Below are positions 18,095-27,374 of a stretch of 57,064 nucleotides of DNA, in pieces. The number at the start of each line of letters is the position of its first letter. Within the stretch, counting starts at the first letter, position 1. The DNA comes from a virus. Lineage: Duplodnaviria; Caudoviricetes. A program made the translations under genes and the position numbers. Under the pieces are notes generated by a model. It was not told where the DNA came from and did no database searches. It saw only the letters and a program-made list of their open reading frames with translations. The stretch covers positions 1-57,064 of the IMG/VR virus record IMGVR_UViG_3300044981_000083; one strand, given 5' to 3'.

Positions 18095-19473
18095 CAAAGA
18101 CGATCGCCATGACCGACGACTTCCCCACCAAAATCCGCACCCTGATGCAAGCCGGCCATGGCAGCGTCTATATCGGCCGCCAGCTCGGCATCTCCAAGGA
18201 CGCCGCGTTGCGCCTGATGCGCAAGGCCAAGGCCGAAGACCTTTCCTCTACCTCCTGCATCACCACCCTTCCCCTCGACCGCATCATCGTCGGCGAGCGC
18301 ATCCGCGAGAAATTCGACAACATCCCACAACTCGCACAATCGATTTCCGACCGCGGCGGCCTCATCAACCCCATCACCGTCGGCCCCGCCCTCCCCGACG
18401 GAACGCACGAGCTCATCGCCGGCGACCGGAGAATGCGGGCCTGGCAGCATGAGAACTGCCGGTTCAAGGGCGAACCGATCCCGGTCACGATCTTCAACCC
18501 CGACGACAAGACTCGCGCGGAGTTTGACGAAAACGAACAACGCGATGCACTGAAACCCTCGGAATACCTCAAAGCGATGCGCATCTTCGAGCGCGCAAAG
18601 GACGCCTGGGAAGCCAATACTAAGGCCAAGCGTTCCACGGAATCAAAGCCCGCTCCCGGCCGTCCCGCCGATCCCGAGGCACCCCGCGCGGGGCGCTTCA
18701 AGGACCAGATCGCAGCTTATGTCGGACGTGACCGCAAGACGGTGGAGAAGGCTGTCGAAGTCGCCATGGCCGCAGAAGAAAACCCCGAGCGCTTCGGCAA
18801 GCTCCTCTCCGACATGGACCGCACGGAGAACGTCAACGGTCCCTACCGCCGCCTCAAGATCATGCAGCAGACCGATGCGCTCAAGGCGCAGCCGCCTTCG
18901 CTCCCAGGCCAGGGTCCCTATTCTGTGATGGTGATCGACTATCCGTGGCCGCATGAACCGGACATGAGCCAAGAGGAAATCGATGCGGCAGGACGTTCGC
19001 TGCGGCCCTATCCGCCCATGGCGTTGGATATCGGCCGAAGCTTCATGCTGGATCATGTCGGACCGCTGGTCGCCGATGATGCAATCGTTTTCTTCTGGAC
19101 CACGAATTTCCATATGCCGCACGCATTCTCTTTGCTGGCGCCATTGGGATTTCCGGTGCATTCCACTATCGGAACGTGGGTCAAACAACGCCAGGGCCGC
19201 GGCCAAGTCCTGCGCGACAAGACCGAGCACTGCATCGTTGCCAAGCGCGGCAAGCCGCTTATCAACTTGACCCACCAGACCACCGCCTGGGAAGGCTGGA
19301 GCCAGCCGCGGGAAAACTCGATGAAGCCTCCGGAGTTCTACCGCATGGTGGAGACACTGTGCCCGGCCAAGCGATATTCGGATATTTTCTCGTTCGGTCC
19401 GCGCGGAGCGCTGTGGGACTGCTACGGCGATCAGGCGCAGCTATTGGCGGTGCAGGAGGAGGCGGCGGAATGA
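18091..19473 (+). CDS. ParB-N domain fused to MT-A70-family methyltransferase
   Basis: GLINPITV...LIAGDRRMRA...ENEQR; IDYPW; FWTTN; TEHCIVAKRG; NSMKP. Confidence 0.85.
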   Translation: MTKTIAMTDDFPTKIRTLMQAGHGSVYIGRQLGISKDAALRLMRKAKAEDLSSTSCITTLPLDRIIVGERIREKFDNIPQLAQSISDRGGLINPITVGPALPDGTHELIAGDRRMRAWQHENCRFKGEPIPVTIFNPDDKTRAEFDENEQRDALKPSEYLKAMRIFERAKDAWEANTKAKRSTESKPAPGRPADPEAPRAGRFKDQIAAYVGRDRKTVEKAVEVAMAAEENPERFGKLLSDMDRTENVNGPYRRLKIMQQTDALKAQPPSLPGQGPYSVMVIDYPWPHEPDMSQEEIDAAGRSLRPYPPMALDIGRSFMLDHVGPLVADDAIVFFWTTNFHMPHAFSLLAPLGFPVHSTIGTWVKQRQGRGQVLRDKTEHCIVAKRGKPLINLTHQTTAWEGWSQPRENSMKPPEFYRMVETLCPAKRYSDIFSFGPRGALWDCYGDQAQLLAVQEEAAE

Positions 19474-19706
19474 ACCGCGATAAAATCACGTCTTATCAGC
19501 GCGCGCTGTTGCGATTGCGGGCGTTTGAGCTTCTGAGGGGATTCGAACGGCCTGGAGAGCAAGAGGAAATTGCCGGGAAATTCGTGAGATTGAACAAGCC
19601 GTTGCCATACCTTGAATTGAGAAAGATTGCTTTCGAATTGGCAGATTTAGCTGCTGACGACCCGTCTGCTTCAACGATAGAAGAAGACGCGGAGGCGGCG
19701 GAATGA
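19470..19706 (+). CDS. Hypothetical protein
   Basis: MNRDKITSYQ...EAAE between junction repeats. Confidence 0.6.
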   Translation: MNRDKITSYQRALLRLRAFELLRGFERPGEQEEIAGKFVRLNKPLPYLELRKIAFELADLAADDPSASTIEEDAEAAE

Positions 19707-20068
19707 AAGACAGTCTGAACCAGATTCTCGCCGAGCGCCAAGCCGTCATCGAAAAGCGTCTCACGGAATTGCGCGACGAACTAATACCGCTTGAAAGTGA
19801 GTTGAGTTTTATCAAGCAATATCGAAATGCCAGCGCAAACCGCTTTACTCTCGAAAGTGCTACCATTAAGCAATTGATCACCGCCGCATTGTCTCGCATG
19901 CGCGGTGGCGGAAAGCCGGTGGCGATCAGAAATTTCATTTTCGAGGAGTTTTCCCGCGATATCGACCGCAATACTATCGGGCCTCAAATCTCGCGTATGG
20001 TTGTGGATGGTTCGGTTCGTCGTGACAGCGATGGCATTTATCATTTGACCGCCGAGGCGGCGGAATGA
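19703..20068 (+). CDS. Coiled-coil plus winged-helix DNA-binding protein
   Basis: TIGPQISRMVVDGSVRR..DGIYHL wHTH pattern. Confidence 0.65.
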   Translation: MKDSLNQILAERQAVIEKRLTELRDELIPLESELSFIKQYRNASANRFTLESATIKQLITAALSRMRGGGKPVAIRNFIFEEFSRDIDRNTIGPQISRMVVDGSVRRDSDGIYHLTAEAAE

Positions 20069-20178
20069 AAACGCTGTTCTGCCGGCTATGCTATTGGATC
20101 GTGACCGTTTGGCCGATCGGTTTCAGCTCATGGCAACCACGTTCCATGCGTTATCCTAGCGAGGAGGCGGCGGAATGA
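20065..20178 (+). CDS. 37-aa hypothetical peptide (not in the ORF track)
   Basis: Open frame from ATG in repeat 3 to TGA in repeat 4, ending EEAAE. Confidence 0.45.
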   Translation: MKTLFCRLCYWIVTVWPIGFSSWQPRSMRYPSEEAAE

Positions 20179-21257
20179 GCGATCGCAGCGCCATAGAATG
20201 GACCGACGCGACATGGAATCCGGTGCGCGCATCATTTAGAACGACAGTGCGATACCCTAATCTCGGTGCGATGGAAACCCGCATCGGCTGGCACTGTGAG
20301 CACATCTCCGAAGGTTGCCGCTACTGCTATGCCGAATCCATGAATCGCCGCTTCGGCACCGGCCTCGACTACAAGCCCGGTCATCGCGGCGACATCGAAA
20401 TCTTCCTCGACGAGACGACGCTGCTCGCGCCGCTGCGCTGGAAGAAGCCGCACATGATCTTCGTTTGCTCGATGACCGACTTATTTGCCTCGTTCGTCAC
20501 GGACGAATGGATCGACCGCATCTTTGCCGTGATGGCGCTCTGCTCGCGGCATACGTTCCAGGTGCTGACGAAGCGACCGGAACGGATGCGGGAATACTGC
20601 TGCGCGATGATAGCCGGCAAGCGCAACATCATTCAAGCTGCGAAGGACTTTCGTAACTCAATCACGGATGCAGCGGTCGCGCGAGGCAGTTTGATCGTTG
20701 ACTACCCGGAAGAGGGAGAGCCGATAAAAATCCGCCCCCTCCCCAACGTTTGGCTCGGCACTTCCTGCGAAGATCAGGCAGCCGCCGACGAACGCATTCC
20801 GCATCTGCTGGCGACGCCGGCGGCGATTAAGTTCGTGAGCGCGGAGCCGCTATTGGGATCGATCGACCTAACTGAACTTTATCCGGATATCCAATCCGAG
20901 AATGCGCTTCACGCTCTAGCTGGCATCCGAGCAAATCCAAATGGAACAGCGAGTTTCTGCCGTGGCCTCGATTGGGTAATCGTCGGCGGCGAGAGTGGCC
21001 CGCACGCGCGGCCAATGAATCCGGATTGGGCTCGTTCGATTCGAGAGCAGTGCAAGGCGGCAAACGTACCTTTCTTTTTCAAGCAAAACGGTGAGTTTAG
21101 ACCAGTCAGTGATATTCCGATCGAAGAAATACCGAATGGCGGTTACATTTATAAATTTGGTCCCACGGGCGAATCCGTCTGCCGCATCGGCAAGAAGCGC
21201 GCCGGGCGCCTCCTCGATGGCGTCGAACATAACGGAATGCCGTTGCGCCCATGCTGA
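20175..21257 (+). CDS. Phage Gp37/Gp68 (DUF5131) family protein
   Basis: IEWTDATWNP, CEHISEGCRYCYAE, FVCSMTDLF, LTKRPER, WVIVGGESG, FFFKQ. Confidence 0.9.
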   Translation: MSDRSAIEWTDATWNPVRASFRTTVRYPNLGAMETRIGWHCEHISEGCRYCYAESMNRRFGTGLDYKPGHRGDIEIFLDETTLLAPLRWKKPHMIFVCSMTDLFASFVTDEWIDRIFAVMALCSRHTFQVLTKRPERMREYCCAMIAGKRNIIQAAKDFRNSITDAAVARGSLIVDYPEEGEPIKIRPLPNVWLGTSCEDQAAADERIPHLLATPAAIKFVSAEPLLGSIDLTELYPDIQSENALHALAGIRANPNGTASFCRGLDWVIVGGESGPHARPMNPDWARSIREQCKAANVPFFFKQNGEFRPVSDIPIEEIPNGGYIYKFGPTGESVCRIGKKRAGRLLDGVEHNGMPLRPC

Positions 21258-22441
21258 CCGACGCCGAACTCTCCGATCTCAAATCGCGCCCCGAGAACGA
21301 CTGCGGCGCACTCGCCCAGCGCTTCGGCGTCACGCTGCATCGTTCCGGCTCGCGCACCGTTGGCCCGTGCCCGCTGTGTTGCACTGATCTATCCTCGCGC
21401 CGGAAGGCGTGCTTTGAAATCAAGGAGAACGGATATGCCTTCGTTTGCGCGAAGTGCCATCAAGGTGGAGACTGCATCGAACTCGTTTCGCGTTATCTTA
21501 ACATCGAGTTCCTTGCCGCCGTTGAATGGCTCGGCGGGACCAAGGCGGTGGATCCCGCTATCGCTGCGGCCCGAGAGCGCGAACGTAAAGCCCAACAGGA
21601 CAAACGCGACCGCGCTGCCGCTTATTTTCGCGAACGCGCCCGCACCAACCTCTACACGACATGGAACAAAGCCCACAAACTCCCGGGCACTCCCGCCGAA
21701 GCCTATCTGAAGCTGAGAGGCATCGACGTTCCACCTCATGAATATGAGAAACTACGTTTACGCTACATGGACAACTGCCCATTCTTTCACGGCGAGGAAA
21801 TCGGCCCCGATGGCAAAAAGTATCAGAGGATCATCCACCGCGGGCCCGCGATGCTCGCCCCGATCACCGACAACGAAGGAAAATTCAGGGGACTCCAGTT
21901 CACTTGGATCGACCTCGCGCAGCCGAAAGGTAAAGCGGCCATCATCGACCCCGACACGGGAGAAGAAGCTTCGACGAAAGGTCGAAAGACTCGAGGCTCG
22001 GTTGCGGGAAATCATATCGATCTCGTTGGCCCTCGCGCGCCGAAGCAAATCATCGTCGGCGAAGGCACGGAATCGACGCTCTCAATCTGGCAAACCATGA
22101 TCGCCTGCGGCATCGACATTTCCACCACCGCCTTCTGGTCGGCGCTCGACCTGGGCAATCTCGGTGGACCCGCACAAGATTCGCTGACCTACCGGACCGA
22201 AGACAACAAGCCGCGCCGCTGCCCCGGTCTCACTCCAGCTTTGGACAAGCCCCAGATTATATTGCCCGACTCAACGGAAAGTGTCGTGATGGTCGGTGAC
22301 GGTGATTCTCATCCGTTGCTGACGCAAGCCGCGATCTACAGGGGCGTGCAGCGGTGGCGAATCGCGCGGCCCGATGTATTGGTGCGCGTGGCGTGGGCGG
22401 ACAAGGGGACAGACTTCAACGACATGCTGCGGGGGAGCTGA
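21251..22441 (+). CDS. DNA primase (Zn-finger plus TOPRIM)
   Basis: GPCPLC...CAKC..GGD.I; VGEGTES; GDGD; DFND. Confidence 0.85.
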   Translation: MLTDAELSDLKSRPENDCGALAQRFGVTLHRSGSRTVGPCPLCCTDLSSRRKACFEIKENGYAFVCAKCHQGGDCIELVSRYLNIEFLAAVEWLGGTKAVDPAIAAARERERKAQQDKRDRAAAYFRERARTNLYTTWNKAHKLPGTPAEAYLKLRGIDVPPHEYEKLRLRYMDNCPFFHGEEIGPDGKKYQRIIHRGPAMLAPITDNEGKFRGLQFTWIDLAQPKGKAAIIDPDTGEEASTKGRKTRGSVAGNHIDLVGPRAPKQIIVGEGTESTLSIWQTMIACGIDISTTAFWSALDLGNLGGPAQDSLTYRTEDNKPRRCPGLTPALDKPQIILPDSTESVVMVGDGDSHPLLTQAAIYRGVQRWRIARPDVLVRVAWADKGTDFNDMLRGS

Positions 22442-22445
22442 TACC

Positions 22446-22613
22446 ATGGGCAAACGGAAGATCATCCAGATTGCGGTTGCGGTGTCACATCAATCAAGTC
22501 GCGCCGACGACCTTTTTCTTTACGCGCTTTCCGACGACGGCACTGTATGGCGCAAAATCCAAGCGCATCCAGGCTGGGTGCAAGTCGACACCGACGCCAT
22601 CACCGCCCCCTGA
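22446..22613 (+). CDS. Hypothetical protein
   Basis: RKIIQIA...LYALSDDGTVW; SD GGGAG. Confidence 0.6.
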   Translation: MGKRKIIQIAVAVSHQSSRADDLFLYALSDDGTVWRKIQAHPGWVQVDTDAITAP

Positions 22614-22691
22614 TCTGCTATCCTCCCCGGTTTAGCAACTGATTCTCTTGCCTCAAGGCCAGCGAAGCGATTCGCGGGAGCGGGGTGGACT

Positions 22692-22895
22692 TTGCGCATC
22701 GTTGAACCGATCCCGTTTTGCTGCGGCATGCCTTGGCACGCACGATATTTCGAGGATTTCGAAACGATTAGCGCAGCCTGTATGTATTGCGATCGAGCGA
22801 TTGCCGTGCCTTTGGAGGCGAAGGACAAAAAGGTCGCCTGCATTTATTGCGGACTCGATAAAGGCTTTCTTCCCGCGGTTGAGATCGAGCCGTGA
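22692..22895 (+). CDS. Small Cys-rich protein
   Basis: CMYC...CIYC. Confidence 0.5.
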   Translation: MRIVEPIPFCCGMPWHARYFEDFETISAACMYCDRAIAVPLEAKDKKVACIYCGLDKGFLPAVEIEP

Positions 22896-24655
22896 CTCCC
22901 CACCGCCCCCCCACCCCGCAGGAACTTCGCATCGCCCAAATCCTGCGCGACGCGAAGCCCCCGGAGCGTCCCGATATCGAGGCCCTGTCATCCCCTCCCC
23001 GCAAGCGCAGCGCGCCCCGTGCGCCATTTGCCGCTGTTGGCGACAGCAAAGAATCACCACCCTCCCAAACGGGAGGATCGCCGTCGAATGAAAAAACACG
23101 ACCGGCGGGAGAAGCCGGCCGCGGCGAAGCCTCGCCATCATCGAGCACCCTTACAAATCAGCGCCTCGCTTTCCTGCCCCTGACAGATCTTGGCAATGCG
23201 GAGCGGTTCGTCGAGCGTAACCGCGGGAAATTCATCGCTTGTTCGGCGATCGGTTGGCTGCGGTGGGACAACCGCCGATGGTGTAAGGATGGCGTTGACG
23301 AGAGGGTCAGGATCGCCGCCCATGAGACCGTGAGAGCGATCCAGGACGAAGCGGATGCAATCGCGGATACCGATCTCGATACGAAAGTGGGAAAGAAAGG
23401 CCCTGCCAAGGATAAGCAGGCCGTGATGCTCTCCGACAAGCTCCGCGCCTGGGGCCGCAGATCAGAAGCAAATTCGGCCCTCAACCAACTCGCCGACCAG
23501 GCGCAGGCCTATCTTTCCGTGCTCCCCCATCAGCTCGACGCCGACGGCTATGCGATCAATGTCAGGAACGGTACGCTCCGAGTGAAACGTGATGCGTCCT
23601 CCGACGAACCCGCCATCACCTTCACGCCACACGATCCCGCAGATTTTATCACCAAGCTGTGTCCTGTGGACTACGACCAGGATGCCACCTGCCCGCGCTA
23701 CGATGAATTTCTCTCCGAGGTGCAGCCGACTGTGGAAATGCGTCGATTCCTGCACCAATGGATGGGCCTGAGCCTCACCGGGGAGACCGGGGAAGCGCGC
23801 ATGGCGATCTTCTGGGGCGTGGGACGGAATGGCAAGAGTGTGTTCATGGAGACCGCGGCCCACATCGCCGGAGACTATTCGACCACCGTTCCTGTGGAGA
23901 CGTTCGTGTCCGACTCCCGCGGCCGTAATGCCGGCCAGGCCACCCCAGACCTCGCCAAGCTTCCCGGTGTCAGGTTGTTAAGGGCATCCGAGGCCGAACG
24001 CGGCGGGTCCCTGCAAGAAACACTGATCAAGTCCGTGACCGGGGGCGACCAGATCACCGCACGAAATCTCAACCGTCCCTATTTCGATTTTTATCCCCAG
24101 TTCAAACTCACGATCACCGGGAACCAGCGCCCTAATATCAAAGGTACAGACGAAGGCATATGGTCTCGGGTGACCCTTGTGCCCTGGACCGTGGTGATCG
24201 CACAAGAGAAGCGCGATCCGCAACTCCTCTCCAAACTCAAGGCGGAAGCTTCCGGCATCCTCAACCGCTATCTCGATGGTCTCCGCGACTGGCTCGATCA
24301 CGGCTTGAAGCTCCCCGACGAGGTGAAGGAAGCCACCGCTGAATACCGGCGCGACCACGATGCCTTGGGGAGATTCCTGGAGGAGGCGACTCGCCGCAAG
24401 GAAGGCTCCCGCGTCGGCGTCACCGAAGCCTTGAACGTCTTCAACGGCTGGGCCATCGCCAATGGCATCAATGAATGGAAAGGCAAGGGCTTTTCCAACG
24501 CCATGACTGAGCGCGGCTACCGCAAGATCAAGTCCGACGTGATGCAGTTCCTCGATATCGAGCTCATCAAATCAAGATTGGATTATGTGGACTATGAAAA
24601 CAAGCCGATACGGCAGCACCAGATGGGCATGAGCTATGAGGAGGCGTCGTCGTGA
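22892..24655 (+). CDS. P4/D5-family primase-associated SF3 helicase
   Basis: TDLGNAERF, Walker A GVGRNGKS, IKSVTGGDQITAR, GNQRP. Confidence 0.92.
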   Translation: MTPHRPPTPQELRIAQILRDAKPPERPDIEALSSPPRKRSAPRAPFAAVGDSKESPPSQTGGSPSNEKTRPAGEAGRGEASPSSSTLTNQRLAFLPLTDLGNAERFVERNRGKFIACSAIGWLRWDNRRWCKDGVDERVRIAAHETVRAIQDEADAIADTDLDTKVGKKGPAKDKQAVMLSDKLRAWGRRSEANSALNQLADQAQAYLSVLPHQLDADGYAINVRNGTLRVKRDASSDEPAITFTPHDPADFITKLCPVDYDQDATCPRYDEFLSEVQPTVEMRRFLHQWMGLSLTGETGEARMAIFWGVGRNGKSVFMETAAHIAGDYSTTVPVETFVSDSRGRNAGQATPDLAKLPGVRLLRASEAERGGSLQETLIKSVTGGDQITARNLNRPYFDFYPQFKLTITGNQRPNIKGTDEGIWSRVTLVPWTVVIAQEKRDPQLLSKLKAEASGILNRYLDGLRDWLDHGLKLPDEVKEATAEYRRDHDALGRFLEEATRRKEGSRVGVTEALNVFNGWAIANGINEWKGKGFSNAMTERGYRKIKSDVMQFLDIELIKSRLDYVDYENKPIRQHQMGMSYEEASS

Positions 24656-24856
24656 GCGTTAGCTGCGCTCGCCAAACGAAACGGCTTCCGCTCTCATTCA
24701 AAAAGCGGAAGCCGTGGGCTGAGACAAGGTGTCTCTTCCGGTCCACCAGCCCTAGCGGGGTGTGTCGGCCGACACTGGTGGCCCAACTACGGGCGAAATT
24801 CGTTTACCCATTCCCACGTGACGGGTCAATATCTGTCTCGAAAGCAACTCACTGAT

Positions 24857-25150
24857 CTTCCCAAAATTTGGGAGGATGGGAGGATCATTCCGACTTATCC
24901 ACAAGAGGACGAAGCGCAAAAGTGAAATGTAAGCACATAGGCAGGCACAATCCTCCGCTCCATCCTCCCATCCTCCCGGTTTTGGGAGCATTGCCCCATG
25001 GCGCAAGCCGTTGAAATCATGAGCGATGGGAGGGTGAGGGAGGATAGACGCGGTTTTTATGTATGAGGACTCACGCGAGGACGTAAAAACAGATTCTATA
25101 CGCGATATAGTAAAAACAGGAATCATCCTCCCAACCTCCCAAAGGGAGAT
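24857..25150. other. Putative replication origin with iterated inverted GGGAGG repeats
   Basis: 25-bp inverted repeat 24867-24891/25119-25143 (2 mismatches), inner copies at 24950-24977 and 25028-25045, directly after the helicase gene. Confidence 0.6.
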
Positions 25151-25244
25151 TCAAGTCTGATGATCTTTAGCCTCGATAAGCTTTGCCGCGCGCCGGCGCG
25201 CGGACCACAACCCCTAAGCCCTTGAAATGACTCACCCCGCCTTG

Positions 25245-25275
25245 TAACGCCGCGGGGAATTTCCCCGCCGCGTTA
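25245..25275. promoter_or_regulatory. Near-perfect 31-bp palindrome
   Basis: TAACGC-C-GCGGGGAA-T-TTCCCCGC-C-GCGTTA. Confidence 0.55.
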
Positions 25276-25301
25276 AAAACCGAATCGGTGTAGGATCAGG
25301 A

Positions 25302-25438
25302 ATCTCGCGGCGGCGTGGAAGGACACGCGCAGTATGCGATGCCGGCCTTTCGAGCATTAGGTTGTCTCGACTGTCGAAAGGGGAAGCTAGCGCCCAACGC
25401 AAAGCCGGTAGTCAGTTGTCGAGGCTGACCCGCGAGAT
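25302..25438 (+). ncRNA. Putative tRNA-like structured RNA with expanded central domain
   Basis: Closing stem ATCTCGCGG/CCGCGAGAT, D-like arm GCGT-GGAAGGAC-ACGC, T-like arm GTCAG...CTGAC. Confidence 0.5.
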
Positions 25439-25724
25439 AACTGTTCACTCCCCGGCAGGCGTCCTGGACCGGCCACGCTCACGGTCACTGTGTATGCTAG
25501 ACACCTCGCAAGCCGCCGTGGCGGGCCGGGGGCGAATCAGGCTAAAGGCTGATTGGGCGCTGATCGACTGGGGGGAAACTTCGATGCCATCGAGCCTATG
25601 GATGTCTGGCGCGGCGATGCTGGGGCGCTTGTTGCGCTCTCATGGCGTGCGACTGCCGATCCTCAGCAAGGGGCGCGTCAGGATAGTGATTGGCGTGTTG
25701 TTCTCTCCTCCAGGCTCAGAACCA

Positions 25725-25745
25725 TGGGCCCCTCCTCCCGGCTCA
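25725..25745 (+). ncRNA. Cuckoo-like CCUCCUCCC-loop hairpin
   Basis: TGGGCC-CCTCCTCCC-GGCTCA. Confidence 0.45.
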
Positions 25746-25756
25746 AACGACAATCG

Positions 25757-25915
25757 ATGCTTCTGATGGTCCCGATTCTTGCCGCGGTGATCTTTCCCGT
25801 GACAATGATTGCGCTCGATTGCGCGGCGGCGGTCGCTTACGGCTTCGCCGGCGATTGGCGGCGCTGCGTCTATTGGCTTGCCGCTGCTGTCCTGACGCTT
25901 TGCGTGACGGTGTGA
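25757..25915 (+). CDS. Small membrane protein
   Basis: IFPVTMIALD..AA..Y...GDWRRCVYWLAAAVLT. Confidence 0.65.
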   Translation: MLLMVPILAAVIFPVTMIALDCAAAVAYGFAGDWRRCVYWLAAAVLTLCVTV

Positions 25916-25919
25916 GTTT

Positions 25920-26105
25920 ATGGCGAGCGCTCTTGATCGCCGCACCGTTCACCGCCGCTACGGCGAGTTCATACCACTCGCGGAAGTCCCCATTGCTCTG
26001 GCGAACGGCTGGTGCCTGATCGATGATTTGGGCGGCGGTCCGATGAGTGACGGCTATGCGCTGCTTGCTCCACCTCGGACATTCCAGATGGAACATGCCG
26101 CATGA
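25920..26105 (+). CDS. Hypothetical protein
   Basis: Coupled to the NusG-like gene. Confidence 0.5.
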   Translation: MASALDRRTVHRRYGEFIPLAEVPIALANGWCLIDDLGGGPMSDGYALLAPPRTFQMEHAA

Positions 26106-26653
26106 CATGGCACATCGGGCGCACCGAAGCCCATCGCGAGCATATAGCCGCTGCGGGATTGATCGCGCGCCATGTGCGGGTTTATCTCCCGGAAATTCCC
26201 TGCCATCGGAGATGCGGCAGGCGATCGCGCAATGTGCTCGAACCATTATTCCCAGGCTATCTGTTTCTCAATTTGCATCCATGGGATTCGTGGACCTTGA
26301 TCCGGAGCGTCAACGGGATGCTCGTTCATCGTCCCTATCTCGGCAACGGAGTGCCTGCGATTATTTCTCCCGCGATCGTCGATGCCATAAAATCTCACGA
26401 ACAGGAATTGATCCAGGGTCCAAAGCCCTCGCCATTTCGGGTCGGACAGGCCGTCGAGGTCGCATTGGAAGATCATTTCGGCAGGCTGTCCGAGTTGCAT
26501 GCCATAATTGAGTCCCTCGCAAAACTCGACCGGCAAGGTCGGATCAAAGTCGGAACCGCCTTTCTCGGCCAGATTGTATCGATGGAAGTGGACGCTTCGA
26601 AAGTGCGCCTTGCGGATGCCTCCGAATCGGCCTATGGACGGAAAGTCAGCTAG
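26102..26653 (+). CDS. NusG/RfaH-family antitermination factor
   Basis: WH, VYLP, EPLFPGYLFL (NGN domain); FRVGQAVEV (KOW); FLGQ. Confidence 0.85.
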   Translation: MTWHIGRTEAHREHIAAAGLIARHVRVYLPEIPCHRRCGRRSRNVLEPLFPGYLFLNLHPWDSWTLIRSVNGMLVHRPYLGNGVPAIISPAIVDAIKSHEQELIQGPKPSPFRVGQAVEVALEDHFGRLSELHAIIESLAKLDRQGRIKVGTAFLGQIVSMEVDASKVRLADASESAYGRKVS

Positions 26654-26799
26654 GCCCAGCGGCCGAAGTCACGGCGAGCGAGCTAGAGCGAGAGCGGACG
26701 GCGCCCGTGGCGGCAGGTTCTCCCCTGCTCGCTAATTCCAGACACTCTCCGGAGTTATGGGATGGCCGCGCATGCCCGCCTGCCCTTTCATGCAAAACT

Positions 26800-26828
26800 G
26801 GCCCGCATTCGTTACGGGCCTTTTTTTT
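26800..26828 (+). terminator. Intrinsic terminator before the late genes
   Basis: GGCCCG-CATTCGTTA-CGGGCC followed by T8. Confidence 0.75.
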
Positions 26829-26876
26829 AGGGGCAGATGAAACATTAACTCACGGAATCGCGGCGGAATCGGTTTT

Positions 26877-27374
26877 ATGGGCGTTCTCGGAAATCCGGAT
26901 CATGAGCGCTTTTGCAAGGCATTGCGCACCCGACTCGCCGCCCGCGAAAAGCGCAGCAAAGCCCGCATCAACGCCTATCGCGAAACGATCTATGCCGGCG
27001 AGCCCGATGTTCCCGACAAAAAGATCGAATCGAACGCCCGCAAGCTCTCGAACAAGCCCCACATCAGGGCGCGACTGGACGAACTCGCCGAACTCGAAGC
27101 GAAGATCGCTGGAATCGAACGCGCTTGGTTGCTGGTCGAAGCCAAGGATCAGCTTGACCGGATCAAAGGGGCCGATATTGTTGAACGCACGTCCGAGCTG
27201 CTTTCGATCCTCGATTTCATCGCCCGCGTTGGCGGTTTCTCCGCGCCGATCAAGGTCGCCCCCACCAATCCCCAGGGCGATGGTCCTGCGGAAATGATCG
27301 TGACCGACGAACAGCGCGCCAAGGCTCTTGCTGCGCTGATGGCCAAGACCGGACTGATGATCGCCGCACCATGA
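26877..27374 (+). CDS. terS: Terminase small subunit
   Basis: HERFC...AY...NARKLSNKPHIRARLDEL; first late gene. Confidence 0.75.
   Translation: MGVLGNPDHERFCKALRTRLAAREKRSKARINAYRETIYAGEPDVPDKKIESNARKLSNKPHIRARLDELAELEAKIAGIERAWLLVEAKDQLDRIKGADIVERTSELLSILDFIARVGGFSAPIKVAPTNPQGDGPAEMIVTDEQRAKALAALMAKTGLMIAAP

Larger units (their letters stand above)
19459..20178 (+). repeat. Four identical 15-bp gene-junction repeats (19459, 19692, 20054, 20164)
   Basis: GAGGCGGCGGAATGA encodes EAAE-stop plus SD and overlapping ATG. Confidence 0.9.

Noticed and set aside
18091-18900. ParB domain as evidence of a phage ParABS partition system
   Set aside because: No ParA is present, and ParB-N fusions to methyltransferases are common in phages without partition function
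13764-20178. Junction repeats as CRISPR arrays
   Set aside because: Spacing is irregular and gene-sized, the repeats are coding, and there is no cas operon; the PD-(D/E)XK nuclease is a typical recombination exonuclease
25362-25766. Protein-coding ORFs in the post-origin region
   Set aside because: No recognisable motifs or SD, and dense stem-loops favour a non-coding interpretation, although coding cannot be excluded
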